A DNA stretch of 20,413 nucleotides from Kofleriaceae bacterium. GTDB lineage: Bacteria; Myxococcota_A; Polyangia; Haliangiales; Haliangiaceae. Positions 1 through 10,895 of this stretch are shown piece after piece. Positions within the stretch are counted from its first letter, which is position 1. Each line of letters begins with the position of its first letter. The stretch covers positions 1 to 20,413 of the forward strand of contig JBKJLC010000075.1 in assembly GCA_046597055.1 (NCBI GenBank), in the 5' to 3' direction. The translations under genes were made by a program, and so were the position numbers. The notes beneath the pieces were generated by a model that was given only the letters and a program-made list of their open reading frames with translations, was not told the DNA's origin and ran no database searches.

Positions 1-1536
<1,536 letters not shown>

Positions 1537-1544
1537 GGAGCGGT

Positions 1545-1550
1545 ACTCTA
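1545..1550 (-). promoter_or_regulatory. Putative -10 box (TAGAGT) 8 nt upstream of the lon ATG; leaderless-type start
   Basis: Minus strand reads gcgca-TAGAGT-accgctcc-ATG; no SD-like purine tract. Confidence 0.4.
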
Positions 1551-1776
1551 TGCGCCTGCCCCCTGGAAGCAAGTTCGTGGATCGGCCGCGCCCGCGCACG
1601 ACGCAAGCCGCTCGAGCTCAGATGTCCCGAAACTCCCTCGGTTTTTGACCGCGGCACGAACACCACGCGAGCCATGGCGATTGTGCCACGTAGCGGATAA
1701 TCGATCGGGGCGGGAATCCCGAGCGCTTGCTTCTCTCGACCCGTCTCGCCGGTGGCTCCGGTTATATTACCCGCTG

Positions 1777-1793
1777 TTGGCATGAGTGGTGCT
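1777..1793 (+). promoter_or_regulatory. Putative sigma54 (-24/-12) promoter of the PilZ gene
   Basis: TTGGCATGAGTGGTGCT: GG-N10-GC spacing, close to consensus TGGCAC-N5-TTGCW; AT-rich TTATATTA just upstream (1762-1769), which could alternatively be a sigma70 -10. Confidence 0.55.
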
Positions 1794-1812
1794 CACACGT
1801 GGGGACGTCCTG

Positions 1813-3555
1813 ATGGAAACCCTGTCGAGCCTCATCTATCTCGTGATCGACAATGCCCGGTCGCAGGCGCTGACGCGCGAGTGGGAGCCCTTCGACGACC
1901 CGGCGGTGGGCTCGGTCGACGTCTACTTCCGGAGCTCGACCGACGTCGCGCTGGTTGCCGTGCACCTGGCACCGGGCGGCGACCGCGGCCGCTGGATCGG
2001 CGCGGTGGTCGCCAGCGGGATCTCGGTCATCGACCCGTCACGGATGGGCGAAGGGGATCGCCGCGCGTTCTTCGCCAGCTACCTGCAGCGGTACGAGGTG
2101 GTGACGCGCGCGTGCGCGGGCGTCGCCAGCGCGATGACCGCGCTGCGCGCGCGGGCCGCGCAGAAGAAGGCACGCGGCACCGAGCCCGGCGACGCCATCG
2201 GCGAACCGGCCGCGCCGCCCCGCCCGCGCCTGGGCACCCCGGTCGACCAACGCGCCACCGATCCTGTCGACCGCGCCGAGACGGTCGGCAGCCCGCGCGC
2301 GCGCCTCGGCTCCGACGCCCCGCCGCCCGATCAGCGCGCCGGCATACCACCCCTGCCGCTCATGGGCGGGTCGCGACGGTCGACCGCGCTGGGGCTGGGC
2401 GCGCTGCGTCGGCCGGCCGACGAGCCGACCGACGTGGCCGCGCCCGGCCACCCGATCACCGAGCCCGGACCGATGGCGCGCGCGGGGGGAGCCGACGCGT
2501 CGCCGCACCAGGACACCGAGCCCGGGCGCCCGCGGCGCGAGCGCTCGCGCACCCCGACCGATCCGATCGCACCGCCCGTGATGACGCGGGCGCCGACCGG
2601 CGATCCGCCCACGGTGCTCGTGCGCTTCCTGCGCGGTGGCCAGTGGTCGCCCGCGCGGCTGCGCTCGCTGTCGATGCGCGGCGCGTACCTCGTGACCGGC
2701 GCCCCACCGCGGGTCAACGACGAGGTCCACGTGGCGCTCGACTTCGCCGAGCTGTCGACGCTGGTGCGCGGCGCGGTCTATCACGTGACCACGTCGCGCG
2801 ACGCCGTCATCACCGGCGCGAGCGGCTTCGCGGTGCGCTTCTCGACCGAGGCGTCACCGGCGCGGGCGCGGCTCACCGAGCTGCTCCAGCGGGCGCGCGC
2901 CGACGGCGTCGTGATCCGGCCGCCGCCGTCGCGGATCGCGATGCGCTTCCCGGTGCGCTGGCCGGTGCAGGTCCAGGGCGCGCACGGCGGCTGCGCCGAC
3001 GCGCTCGACGTCTCGCAGGGCGGGCTGTTCGTGTCGCCCCCGCTGGCGCTGGGCGCGACGACCGTGACCGCATCCATCCCGCTCGATGTCGGCGACCCAC
3101 CGATCGAGGTGCGAGCCCGGGTCGCGCGCTCGATCACCCCGACCGACGCGATCGCCCGCGGCCTCGCGCCCGGCGTCGGGCTCGAGATCATCGACATGTC
3201 CGACGGCGACCGGGTCCGCTGGCAGCGCTTCCTGTCGCGGGTCGAGCGTCGGTCGGTGCGCACCGTGCTGGTCGGCGCTGCGCCAGCCCGGCTCGAGGCG
3301 ATCACGCGGGCGCTGACCGACGCCGGCTACGCCGTGTCGTCGAGCGCGGATCCGGGCACGCTGATCCGCCTCGCCGACAGCGGGCCCCTGCCCGACGTGG
3401 CCGTGATCGACGACTCCCTGCTCGAGCTCGGCGTGTCCGCGTCGTGGCTCGAGCAGGTGTTCACCGCCCGCGCGGTGCCGTGCATCACGGTGCACGGCGA
3501 GCCCCTCCGCGCCCGCATGGTCGTCGACCGCCTGCTCGCGGTCGCCGCCACCTGA
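1813..3555 (+). CDS. Multidomain signalling protein: unknown N-domain, Pro-rich linker, two PilZ-like domains, degenerate receiver-like C-terminus
   Basis: ORF 1786..3555; ATG 1813 follows GGGGA. PilZ1 has LRSLSMRGAYL and FAVRF; PilZ2 has RIAMRFPV (RxxxR) and DVSQGGLFV (DxSxxG); C-terminal TVLV...LTDAGYAV...LPDVAVID is receiver-like. Confidence 0.8.
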   Translation: METLSSLIYLVIDNARSQALTREWEPFDDPAVGSVDVYFRSSTDVALVAVHLAPGGDRGRWIGAVVASGISVIDPSRMGEGDRRAFFASYLQRYEVVTRACAGVASAMTALRARAAQKKARGTEPGDAIGEPAAPPRPRLGTPVDQRATDPVDRAETVGSPRARLGSDAPPPDQRAGIPPLPLMGGSRRSTALGLGALRRPADEPTDVAAPGHPITEPGPMARAGGADASPHQDTEPGRPRRERSRTPTDPIAPPVMTRAPTGDPPTVLVRFLRGGQWSPARLRSLSMRGAYLVTGAPPRVNDEVHVALDFAELSTLVRGAVYHVTTSRDAVITGASGFAVRFSTEASPARARLTELLQRARADGVVIRPPPSRIAMRFPVRWPVQVQGAHGGCADALDVSQGGLFVSPPLALGATTVTASIPLDVGDPPIEVRARVARSITPTDAIARGLAPGVGLEIIDMSDGDRVRWQRFLSRVERRSVRTVLVGAAPARLEAITRALTDAGYAVSSSADPGTLIRLADSGPLPDVAVIDDSLLELGVSASWLEQVFTARAVPCITVHGEPLRARMVVDRLLAVAAT

Positions 3556-3661
3556 GGCTTTGATCGACACCTCCTGCCGATCGCGCCCTGCGTACAGGCC
3601 CGAACGTTGCCGGAAGCTTCCTTCGCGTCGGCCGGGGCCCCTGCCGTAATGAAGGGACCCC

Positions 3662-3922
3662 ATGTTGTACCTCGTGTGGCTCGTCATCCCCCCGGTCCTC
3701 GTTGCCATCGCCGTGCTCTCGATCGCCAGTGGGCTGGGGCTCCTCCGCGTGCAGCCGCCCCGCGACCGGCTGTTCGCGTCGCGCCGGCGCGCCTCGGTGC
3801 TGCTGGCCCCGGGCTCGGCGGTGCTGACGCCCGCGCGTCCGCGGCCGGCGCGCGCCGAGCGCCTGGCGCCGAGCGCGAGCAGTTCGTTCCCGCGCCTGCG
3901 TCCCTTTCCCGCGGTCCACTGA
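3662..3922 (+). CDS. Small (86 aa) protein with one N-terminal membrane helix and an Arg/Pro-rich tail
   Basis: GAAGGG 5 nt before ATG; hydrophobic MLYLVWLVIPPVLVAIAVLSIASGLGLL; GC-rich third codon positions. Confidence 0.55.
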   Translation: MLYLVWLVIPPVLVAIAVLSIASGLGLLRVQPPRDRLFASRRRASVLLAPGSAVLTPARPRPARAERLAPSASSSFPRLRPFPAVH

Positions 3923-4060
3923 CCGCGCTGCTCAGGTGCGCGCAGGTGGGATGCTGGTCCCGCGGCCACCCGCTGTGACCGTGCCGCCGCGACGCCCACG
4001 CACCACGCTCCCAACGGCCGTTCACGGTGAGTGGCCCGACCGGCACGCGGAGCCCCGCGC

Positions 4061-4073
4061 CATGTAGTTGATA
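4061..4073 (-). promoter_or_regulatory. Putative IHF binding site
   Basis: Minus strand TATCAA-CTAC-ATG versus consensus WATCAA-N4-TTR (one mismatch), in an AT-rich patch about 40 bp upstream of a sigma54-like -24 box. Confidence 0.4.
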
Positions 4074-4112
4074 CCGTTACGAGACCCGCCCGGAAGGCTG
4101 GGAGAGCGTGGT

Positions 4113-4128
4113 GGGCCCCGAGGTTGCA
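4113..4128 (+). promoter_or_regulatory. Putative sigma54 promoter of the OM beta-barrel gene
   Basis: GGGCCCCGAGGTTGCA: GG(4114-15)-N10-GC(4126-27) with a perfect TTGCA -12 element. Confidence 0.5.
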
Positions 4129-4196
4129 GTTGCTGGTAGTGCGGCCGTACGATCAACCTGTTCGTCAGCCAGCCTAAGCAACTAGAGGAACTCAAC

Positions 4197-4847
4197 ATGA
4201 AGTCCAGCCACCTCATCGTCGCCGGTCTCGGTGCCCTCGTCCTCGCCCCTGCGGTCGCGGCCGCGCAGCCGAGCGGACCTCCCCCCGGCCGGGGCGGCTA
4301 TTACACCCAGCCGCCGACCGTTCCCGGTGGCTTCCACGACCGGACCGGACGCATGGCCCTCGGCTTCTCGCTCGGACTCGGCGGCATGAAGGCCAACGAC
4401 AGCGCGATCAGCTGTTCAGGCTGCGACTACGACCCTCTGGCCGGCGAGTTCGACTTCCACATCGGCGGCATGCTGTCGCCGCGCTTTGCCCTGCTGTTCG
4501 AGATCCAGGGCAATGCGCAGACGATCGCAGAGAACGCCTACTACGCCGACACCCTGGTCTCGGCCGCCGCGATGATCGCGGGCCAGTACTGGGTCCATCC
4601 CCAGGTGTGGGTCAAGGGTGGCATCGGCGCCGCCAGCCTCGCGGTGAGCCGCGATGACGGGTACGACGAGCCGCTGAACTCCGAGTCCGAGGAGGGCATG
4701 GCCGTCATGGGCGCCGTTGGCTTCGAGGTCTTCAGCGCGAAGAACTTCGCGATCGATCTGCAGGGCCGCGTGATCTCCGCCAGCTACGACGGCATCGGCG
4801 AGAACATCACGTCGGGCACGGTTGGCGTCGGCTTCAACTGGTACTGA
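4197..4847 (+). CDS. Small outer-membrane beta-barrel protein (probably 8-stranded)
   Basis: SD AGAGGA; Sec signal peptide ending AVAAA-Q; alternating amphipathic strands ([32 protein letters not shown]); BAM-type C-terminus VGVGFNWY. Confidence 0.85.
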   Translation: MKSSHLIVAGLGALVLAPAVAAAQPSGPPPGRGGYYTQPPTVPGGFHDRTGRMALGFSLGLGGMKANDSAISCSGCDYDPLAGEFDFHIGGMLSPRFALLFEIQGNAQTIAENAYYADTLVSAAAMIAGQYWVHPQVWVKGGIGAASLAVSRDDGYDEPLNSESEEGMAVMGAVGFEVFSAKNFAIDLQGRVISASYDGIGENITSGTVGVGFNWY

Positions 4848-4871
4848 GCCGCGCCGAAGGCGAGGCGGCTC
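4846..4871 (+). terminator. GC-rich hairpin right after the barrel gene, possible terminator
   Basis: GAGCCGC-GCC-gaa-GGC-gag-GCGGCTC; no clear U-tract. Confidence 0.4.
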
Positions 4872-4914
4872 CGGTTCCGTACAGATCGGGCGCGGGCTCT
4901 GGCCCGCGGCCGAC

Positions 4915-4952
4915 CGATCGAAAGGGAGGGTGGGATTCGTAGAATCACACCC
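4915..4952. repeat. Palindromic REP-like element, copy 1
   Basis: cgatcg-aaaggga-GGGTGGGATTC-gta-GAATCACACCC: 11-bp arms with one mismatch; aligns with 7987-8027. Confidence 0.5.
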
Positions 4953-5083
4953 ACTGAGCGAGCGTCGCGACCATCGGTCGCCACACCCGCGCCACGCGGC
5001 CCGCCCTCGCGCGGGCCGTGCGTCGTTTCGGCCGCCGCCGGACGCGACGCGCCCGCGCGGGCACGCGCGGCGCCGGTGGACGC

Positions 5084-5092
5084 TGCTATGTT
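5084..5092 (+). promoter_or_regulatory. Putative extended -10 (TG-c-TATGTT) 8 nt before the dapL ATG; leaderless-type start
   Basis: TGCTATGTT-cgcgcgcg-ATG; no SD. Confidence 0.5.
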
Positions 5093-5100
5093 CGCGCGCG

Positions 5101-6338
5101 ATGCGCCTCAACCCGCACTACCAGAAGCTGCCCGCCGGCTACCTGTTCCCCGAGATCGGCCGGCGCGTGCGCGCCTACGCGGCGGCGCACCCGGCCGCGC
5201 AGGTGATCCGCCTCGGCATCGGTGACGTCACCGAGCCGCTGGCCCCGGCGATCGTTGCCGCGATGCAGGCCGGCGTCGAGGACCTGGCGCGCCGTGAGAG
5301 CTTCCGTGGCTACGGACCCGAGCAGGGCTACGACTTTCTGGTCGAGGCGATCCGCGCCCACGACTACGCCGCCCACGGGCTCGAGGTCGGCGCCCACGAG
5401 ATCTTCGTGTCGGACGGCTCGAAGTGCGACAGCGGCAATCTCCAGGAGCTGTTCGCTGCCGACGCGGTGATCGCGGTGACCGACCCGGTCTACCCGGTCT
5501 ACGTCGACTCCAACGTCATGGCCGGACGCACCGGGCCGATCGGACCCGACGGCCGGTATCCCGGCCTGGTCTACCTGACCGGCAACGCCAGCAACGGGTT
5601 CTGCCCGCCGCCGCCCGATCGCCGCGCCGACGTCGTCTACCTGTGCTCGCCGAACAACCCGACCGGCGCGGTGATGACGCGCGCGCAGCTGACTGCCTGG
5701 GTCGCGTGGGCCAAGGCGCACGACGCGCTGATCGTGTTCGACGCCGCTTACGAAGCGTATATCCAGGACCCGGCGCTGCCCCGGTCGATCTACGAGATCC
5801 CGGGCGCGCGCGAGGTCGCAGTCGAGATGCGCAGCTTCTCGAAGCGCGCCGGCTTCACCGGCGTGCGCTGCGCGTTCCTGGTCGTGCCGACCGACCTCCG
5901 CGGCACCGGCGACGGCGGTGAGCGGGTGTCGCTCAACGCGATGTGGAGCCGCCGTCACTCGACCAAGTTCAACGGCGCATCGTACGTGGTGCAACGCGGC
6001 GCGGCCGCGGTCTACAGCCCCGACGGCCTGGCCCAGACCGGCGCCCAGATCGCGTTCTACATGGAGAACGCGCGCCTCCTGCGCGAGGGCCTGGTCGCCG
6101 CCGGCTTCACCGTGTTCGGCGGCCAGCACGCGCCGTACATCTGGATCGAGACCCCGGCCGGCGTGTCGTCGTGGGACTTCTTCGACCAGCTGCTCACCCG
6201 CGCCGATCTGGTCGGCACGCCCGGGTCGGGCTTCGGCCCCGCCGGCGAGGGCTACTTCCGCCTGTCGGCCTTCAACTCGCGCGCGAACGTCGAGGAGGCG
6301 ATCGCGCGCATCCACCGCGGCTTCAAGCAGGCCGTGCG

Positions 6339-6342
<4 letters not shown>
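5101..6342 (+). CDS. dapL: LL-diaminopimelate aminotransferase
   Basis: [81 protein letters not shown]-lysine motif [32 protein letters not shown]. Confidence 0.95.
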
Positions 6343-7982
<1,640 letters not shown>

Positions 7983-7995
7983 CGCGCGATCGCAA

Positions 7996-8027
7996 AGAGG
8001 CTGGGATTCGCTCGAATCCCAGCCTCT
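7996..8027. terminator. Perfect inverted repeat between convergent genes; probable bidirectional terminator and REP-like copy 2
   Basis: AGAGGCTGGGATTCG-ct-CGAATCCCAGCCTCT (15-bp perfect arms), flanked by AA and CTT. Confidence 0.75.
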
Positions 8028-8052
8028 CTTCACTGCCAGAAACGGATGGCGA

Positions 8053-9735
8053 CTACAGGGTCTTCATGAACTCGAGCAGGTCGGCGGTCTTGGCCGGGTC
8101 GTTGGCCCAGTCGACCTCGCCGAGGAACTGCGTGCCGGTGTGGCCCGTGTTCGACAGACCCGAGCGGGTGGTGTCGAACTCGGCCGCGTACGGACCGGCG
8201 CTGTCCCAGGTGAAGCCAACGTTCTTCTGGTCGTAGGTGATGTTGCCGCGGTAGAACCGGGTCGGGCGGACCCCGGTGACCAGCGCGTGCAGCGTCGGCA
8301 CCGAGCCGTTGTGGAGATACGGCGCGCGGGCCCAGATGCCGTCGAGCGGGACGGACATGTAGCCACCCGGCGCGGAGATGATATCCGCGGCCGGGACCGG
8401 CGAGCCATCGGGCTGTACGCACGCGACCGGGTCGGTGCACGACACCTGCAGGGCGCGCTGCAGGGCGACGACCGTGTACGGCGTCCAGATGGCCGCGCGG
8501 TTCGGGTCGGTGCCGATCTCGTCGGCGGTGTAGAGGTCGTCGTTACCGGGCGCGTGGCACGAGGCGCACGCCTGCTCGTACAGGCGCTGGCCACGGGCGG
8601 CCGCCGGGCGGTCGATGTTGAACGGGTACGGGGTCGACGGGAGGCGCTCGGTGAAGCGGGTCGTGCGGACCGCGTTCTCCATGTTGAGCGCGGCCGGGTT
8701 GCCGACCACGCCGAGCTCGGCGCCGAGGTTGCGGTGGAGCGAGCTCTTGATGCTGCCGTCCCACTGCGCGCGGGGGCGACCGCTCTGATTCCAGACCGAC
8801 ATGATGTCGATCTCGGCCGGGGCTGGCGGCAGCACCGCGTTGAGCTCCGCGGCGGTGCTGAACCGGGCGGGATCGACGACCAGGGTCATGGCGGCGCCGA
8901 ACGCGTCGAGGTAGCCTGGCTTGCTGCCGGCGAGGTTCGGCGCATTGGCGACGTCGCCGTAGGTGTGGGTCCCGATGGTCGCGGCGAACCGCGCCGAGCC
9001 GGCGGCGACCTTGGCCTTGAGCCCGCCGAGGAAGTTCTCGGCGGCGCCCGGGCTCAGGAAGATCGCGCGCTCGAGCGCTTCCTGGCGCACCATCGCCGGA
9101 TCGGCGTAGAGCCAGCCCAGCGGCTTGGCCGCGAGCGCCGCGCGGAACGCGTCGGCGGTGTAGTTGGGCTGATACACCGTCCGGGTGATCGCGAGGCGGA
9201 ACTGGTTGAAGGTCGTGCTGGGCGCGCCGATGACGTGATCGACGGTGCCCGACGGGCCGACAACCTTGCCGCCGTGGCAGGCCATGCAGGTCAGCTGCGC
9301 GACCTGGATGTGCACCGGGCCCGCAGCGGTCTGGATCGGCGGGTTGGAGCCGGTGAAGCCCATGCCGAGCGGCAGGACCCGGTTGGGCTCGAGGGTGTTC
9401 TTGCCGAGACCGACCGGCGCGAAGTGATCGCCGGGCTGGCCCCAGATCGCCGGGAACAGCTCGGGGAAGAGCCGGAACATGATCATGGGCACGCCCGAGT
9501 TACCGAGCGGTGCATTCTTGAACCAGGCGTAGTCCTCGGCGTTGTCCGTGAGGTACTGCGTGAGGGCGGCGTTGCGCAAGGCGCGCTCTTCACGCCACCA
9601 ATCACCCCTGCCGCCCTCGGCGCCAGTCGCGGCGAGCTGGCTCGAGTCGAGAGCGTCCTCGCCGTCCGAACAGCCCAGAAGGCCCGTCACTCCAGCAACC
9701 AGCATCCAGCTCGCGAGCTTTAGTTTGTACGACAT
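8053..9735 (-). CDS. Di-heme c-type cytochrome lipoprotein, distant RoxA (rubber oxygenase)/MauG-CcP superfamily member
   Basis: SD AGGAGG before ATG 9735; lipobox LLG-C; CMACH (9274-9288) and CASCH (8554-8568); IGTDPNR and PLDGIWARAPYLHNGSVPTL motifs; C-terminal SNTGH...DLLEFMKTL; 560 aa. Confidence 0.85.
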   Translation of the reverse strand: MSYKLKLASWMLVAGVTGLLGCSDGEDALDSSQLAATGAEGGRGDWWREERALRNAALTQYLTDNAEDYAWFKNAPLGNSGVPMIMFRLFPELFPAIWGQPGDHFAPVGLGKNTLEPNRVLPLGMGFTGSNPPIQTAAGPVHIQVAQLTCMACHGGKVVGPSGTVDHVIGAPSTTFNQFRLAITRTVYQPNYTADAFRAALAAKPLGWLYADPAMVRQEALERAIFLSPGAAENFLGGLKAKVAAGSARFAATIGTHTYGDVANAPNLAGSKPGYLDAFGAAMTLVVDPARFSTAAELNAVLPPAPAEIDIMSVWNQSGRPRAQWDGSIKSSLHRNLGAELGVVGNPAALNMENAVRTTRFTERLPSTPYPFNIDRPAAARGQRLYEQACASCHAPGNDDLYTADEIGTDPNRAAIWTPYTVVALQRALQVSCTDPVACVQPDGSPVPAADIISAPGGYMSVPLDGIWARAPYLHNGSVPTLHALVTGVRPTRFYRGNITYDQKNVGFTWDSAGPYAAEFDTTRSGLSNTGHTGTQFLGEVDWANDPAKTADLLEFMKTL

Positions 9736-9968
9736 CAAACTTTTTCCTCCTGGGCCGTGATGGCCGAGGCACATCCTGGACGAGATGAGGCGAATCCGGC
9801 AACTCGCAAAATCAGTAAGGTTTGTAAGCTCCAAGGTGCTTTGAGCCCGAAGCAAGGGCGGTTGAAACGTTTGCTGACCTGCCTACCTTCGAGGCGAGCC
9901 TGCGTATCTTTGCGCGCGGGTGGGCACCCGCGGCACCTGCGCGCAGACGCGGCCCGCGCGCACGAACC

Positions 9969-10562
9969 TCAGCGGGTCTTGCGGGTCTTGGCGCGCGGCC
10001 GCGGTCGCGGACGACGCCGGGGCCGCGGCTCGCCACGGGCGGCGGCCACCATCGCGAGCGTGTTCTCGTACTCGCTGTCGAAGTCGATCCGCGTGATGTC
10101 GTCGAAGCGAAACCGACGGCGGTCGACCTCCCACATCGCGTTCGGCGTCAGCCAGTCGAGGACGTAGGTGTCCTCGGTGTGCAGCCGCAGCCGGCCGATC
10201 TCGCACTCGTCGGGATGGACCAGCTCGCGGTGGATCACGACCAGCGGGTACGCGGCATCGACCGCGGCGACCACCGCCGGCATGGACGCGAGGTCGAGCG
10301 GGGCCGGCGCCCTGGGGGTCAGCTCCTTCAGGCGCAGCGCCGCCTCGATCAACCGTCGCCGCGGGAAGCGACCGGTCATCGCGGTGACGGTGTCGCGCCG
10401 GAACACCCGGTAGCCGTCGAGGTCGTAGCGCTCGCTGACGCAGTGGATCGCGACCAGGTCGCGGCTCTCGCCGACCAGGAACCCGTACCAGCTGGGCGCG
10501 GCCGGCTCGATGGCGGCGCGGTCGAGCGCGATCAGCGGAAACCTGGCGCGGGCCCTCACCAT
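9969..10562 (-). CDS. Hypothetical protein (~197 aa), probably two similar small beta domains plus a basic tail
   Basis: Protein-like from ATG 10562: WYGFLVGESRDLVAIHCVSERYDLDGYRVFRRDTVT ... CEIGRLRLHTEDTYVLDWLTPNAMWEVDRRRFRFDDITRIDFDSEYENTL. The longer ORF start at 10856 looks non-coding. Confidence 0.7.
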   Translation of the reverse strand: MVRARARFPLIALDRAAIEPAAPSWYGFLVGESRDLVAIHCVSERYDLDGYRVFRRDTVTAMTGRFPRRRLIEAALRLKELTPRAPAPLDLASMPAVVAAVDAAYPLVVIHRELVHPDECEIGRLRLHTEDTYVLDWLTPNAMWEVDRRRFRFDDITRIDFDSEYENTLAMVAAARGEPRPRRRPRPRPRAKTRKTR

Positions 10563-10895
10563 GCGACGACTCGATGGTCGGCGACGAGCGCGGTCGAACG
10601 CAAGGCGCGGGGCCACCGGGCCGTCGCCGGACACCGCGCGACCCGGCCGACTCGTGGTCCCTGCGCGCGTGCCGATCCGACCGACCTCTGGAGCGACTGG
10701 CGGCTCCACGTGGCGAGGCGCTCGCGGATGGCCGGACCGCACGCCGCTCGCGCCCTCGGCCTGGGTCAGGAAGTTACCCGCCGCCGGCGCCGCGCGAAGA
10801 CCGTGCGACCAGGCCGCGGCGCAACCAAGGATGGGTCGGCCGCCGTTGCCGGCCACTGCCAGGCGGCGTGCGGGACCTGCGTGATACCCACGGTC

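Noticed and set aside
1672..1690. Minus-strand TGGCAC as a sigma54 promoter for lon
   Set aside because: The -12 GC is absent at the required spacing (TGGCACAATCGCCAT).
4822..5100. Long N-terminal extensions given by the ORF track for dapL (also fumarase, cytochrome, fibrinogen-like gene, tig, wHTH gene)
   Set aside because: Extensions are low-complexity Arg/Pro/Ala-rich or overlap neighbours; family N-termini, SD sites or lipoboxes point to the downstream starts used here.
9760..9890. Possible c-di-GMP-I riboswitch upstream of the cytochrome (minus strand GCAAAC...CAAAGC...GTTGCC)
   Set aside because: Lacks the GNRA-capped P2 stem and convincing pairing; only scattered word matches. An Infernal scan would settle it.
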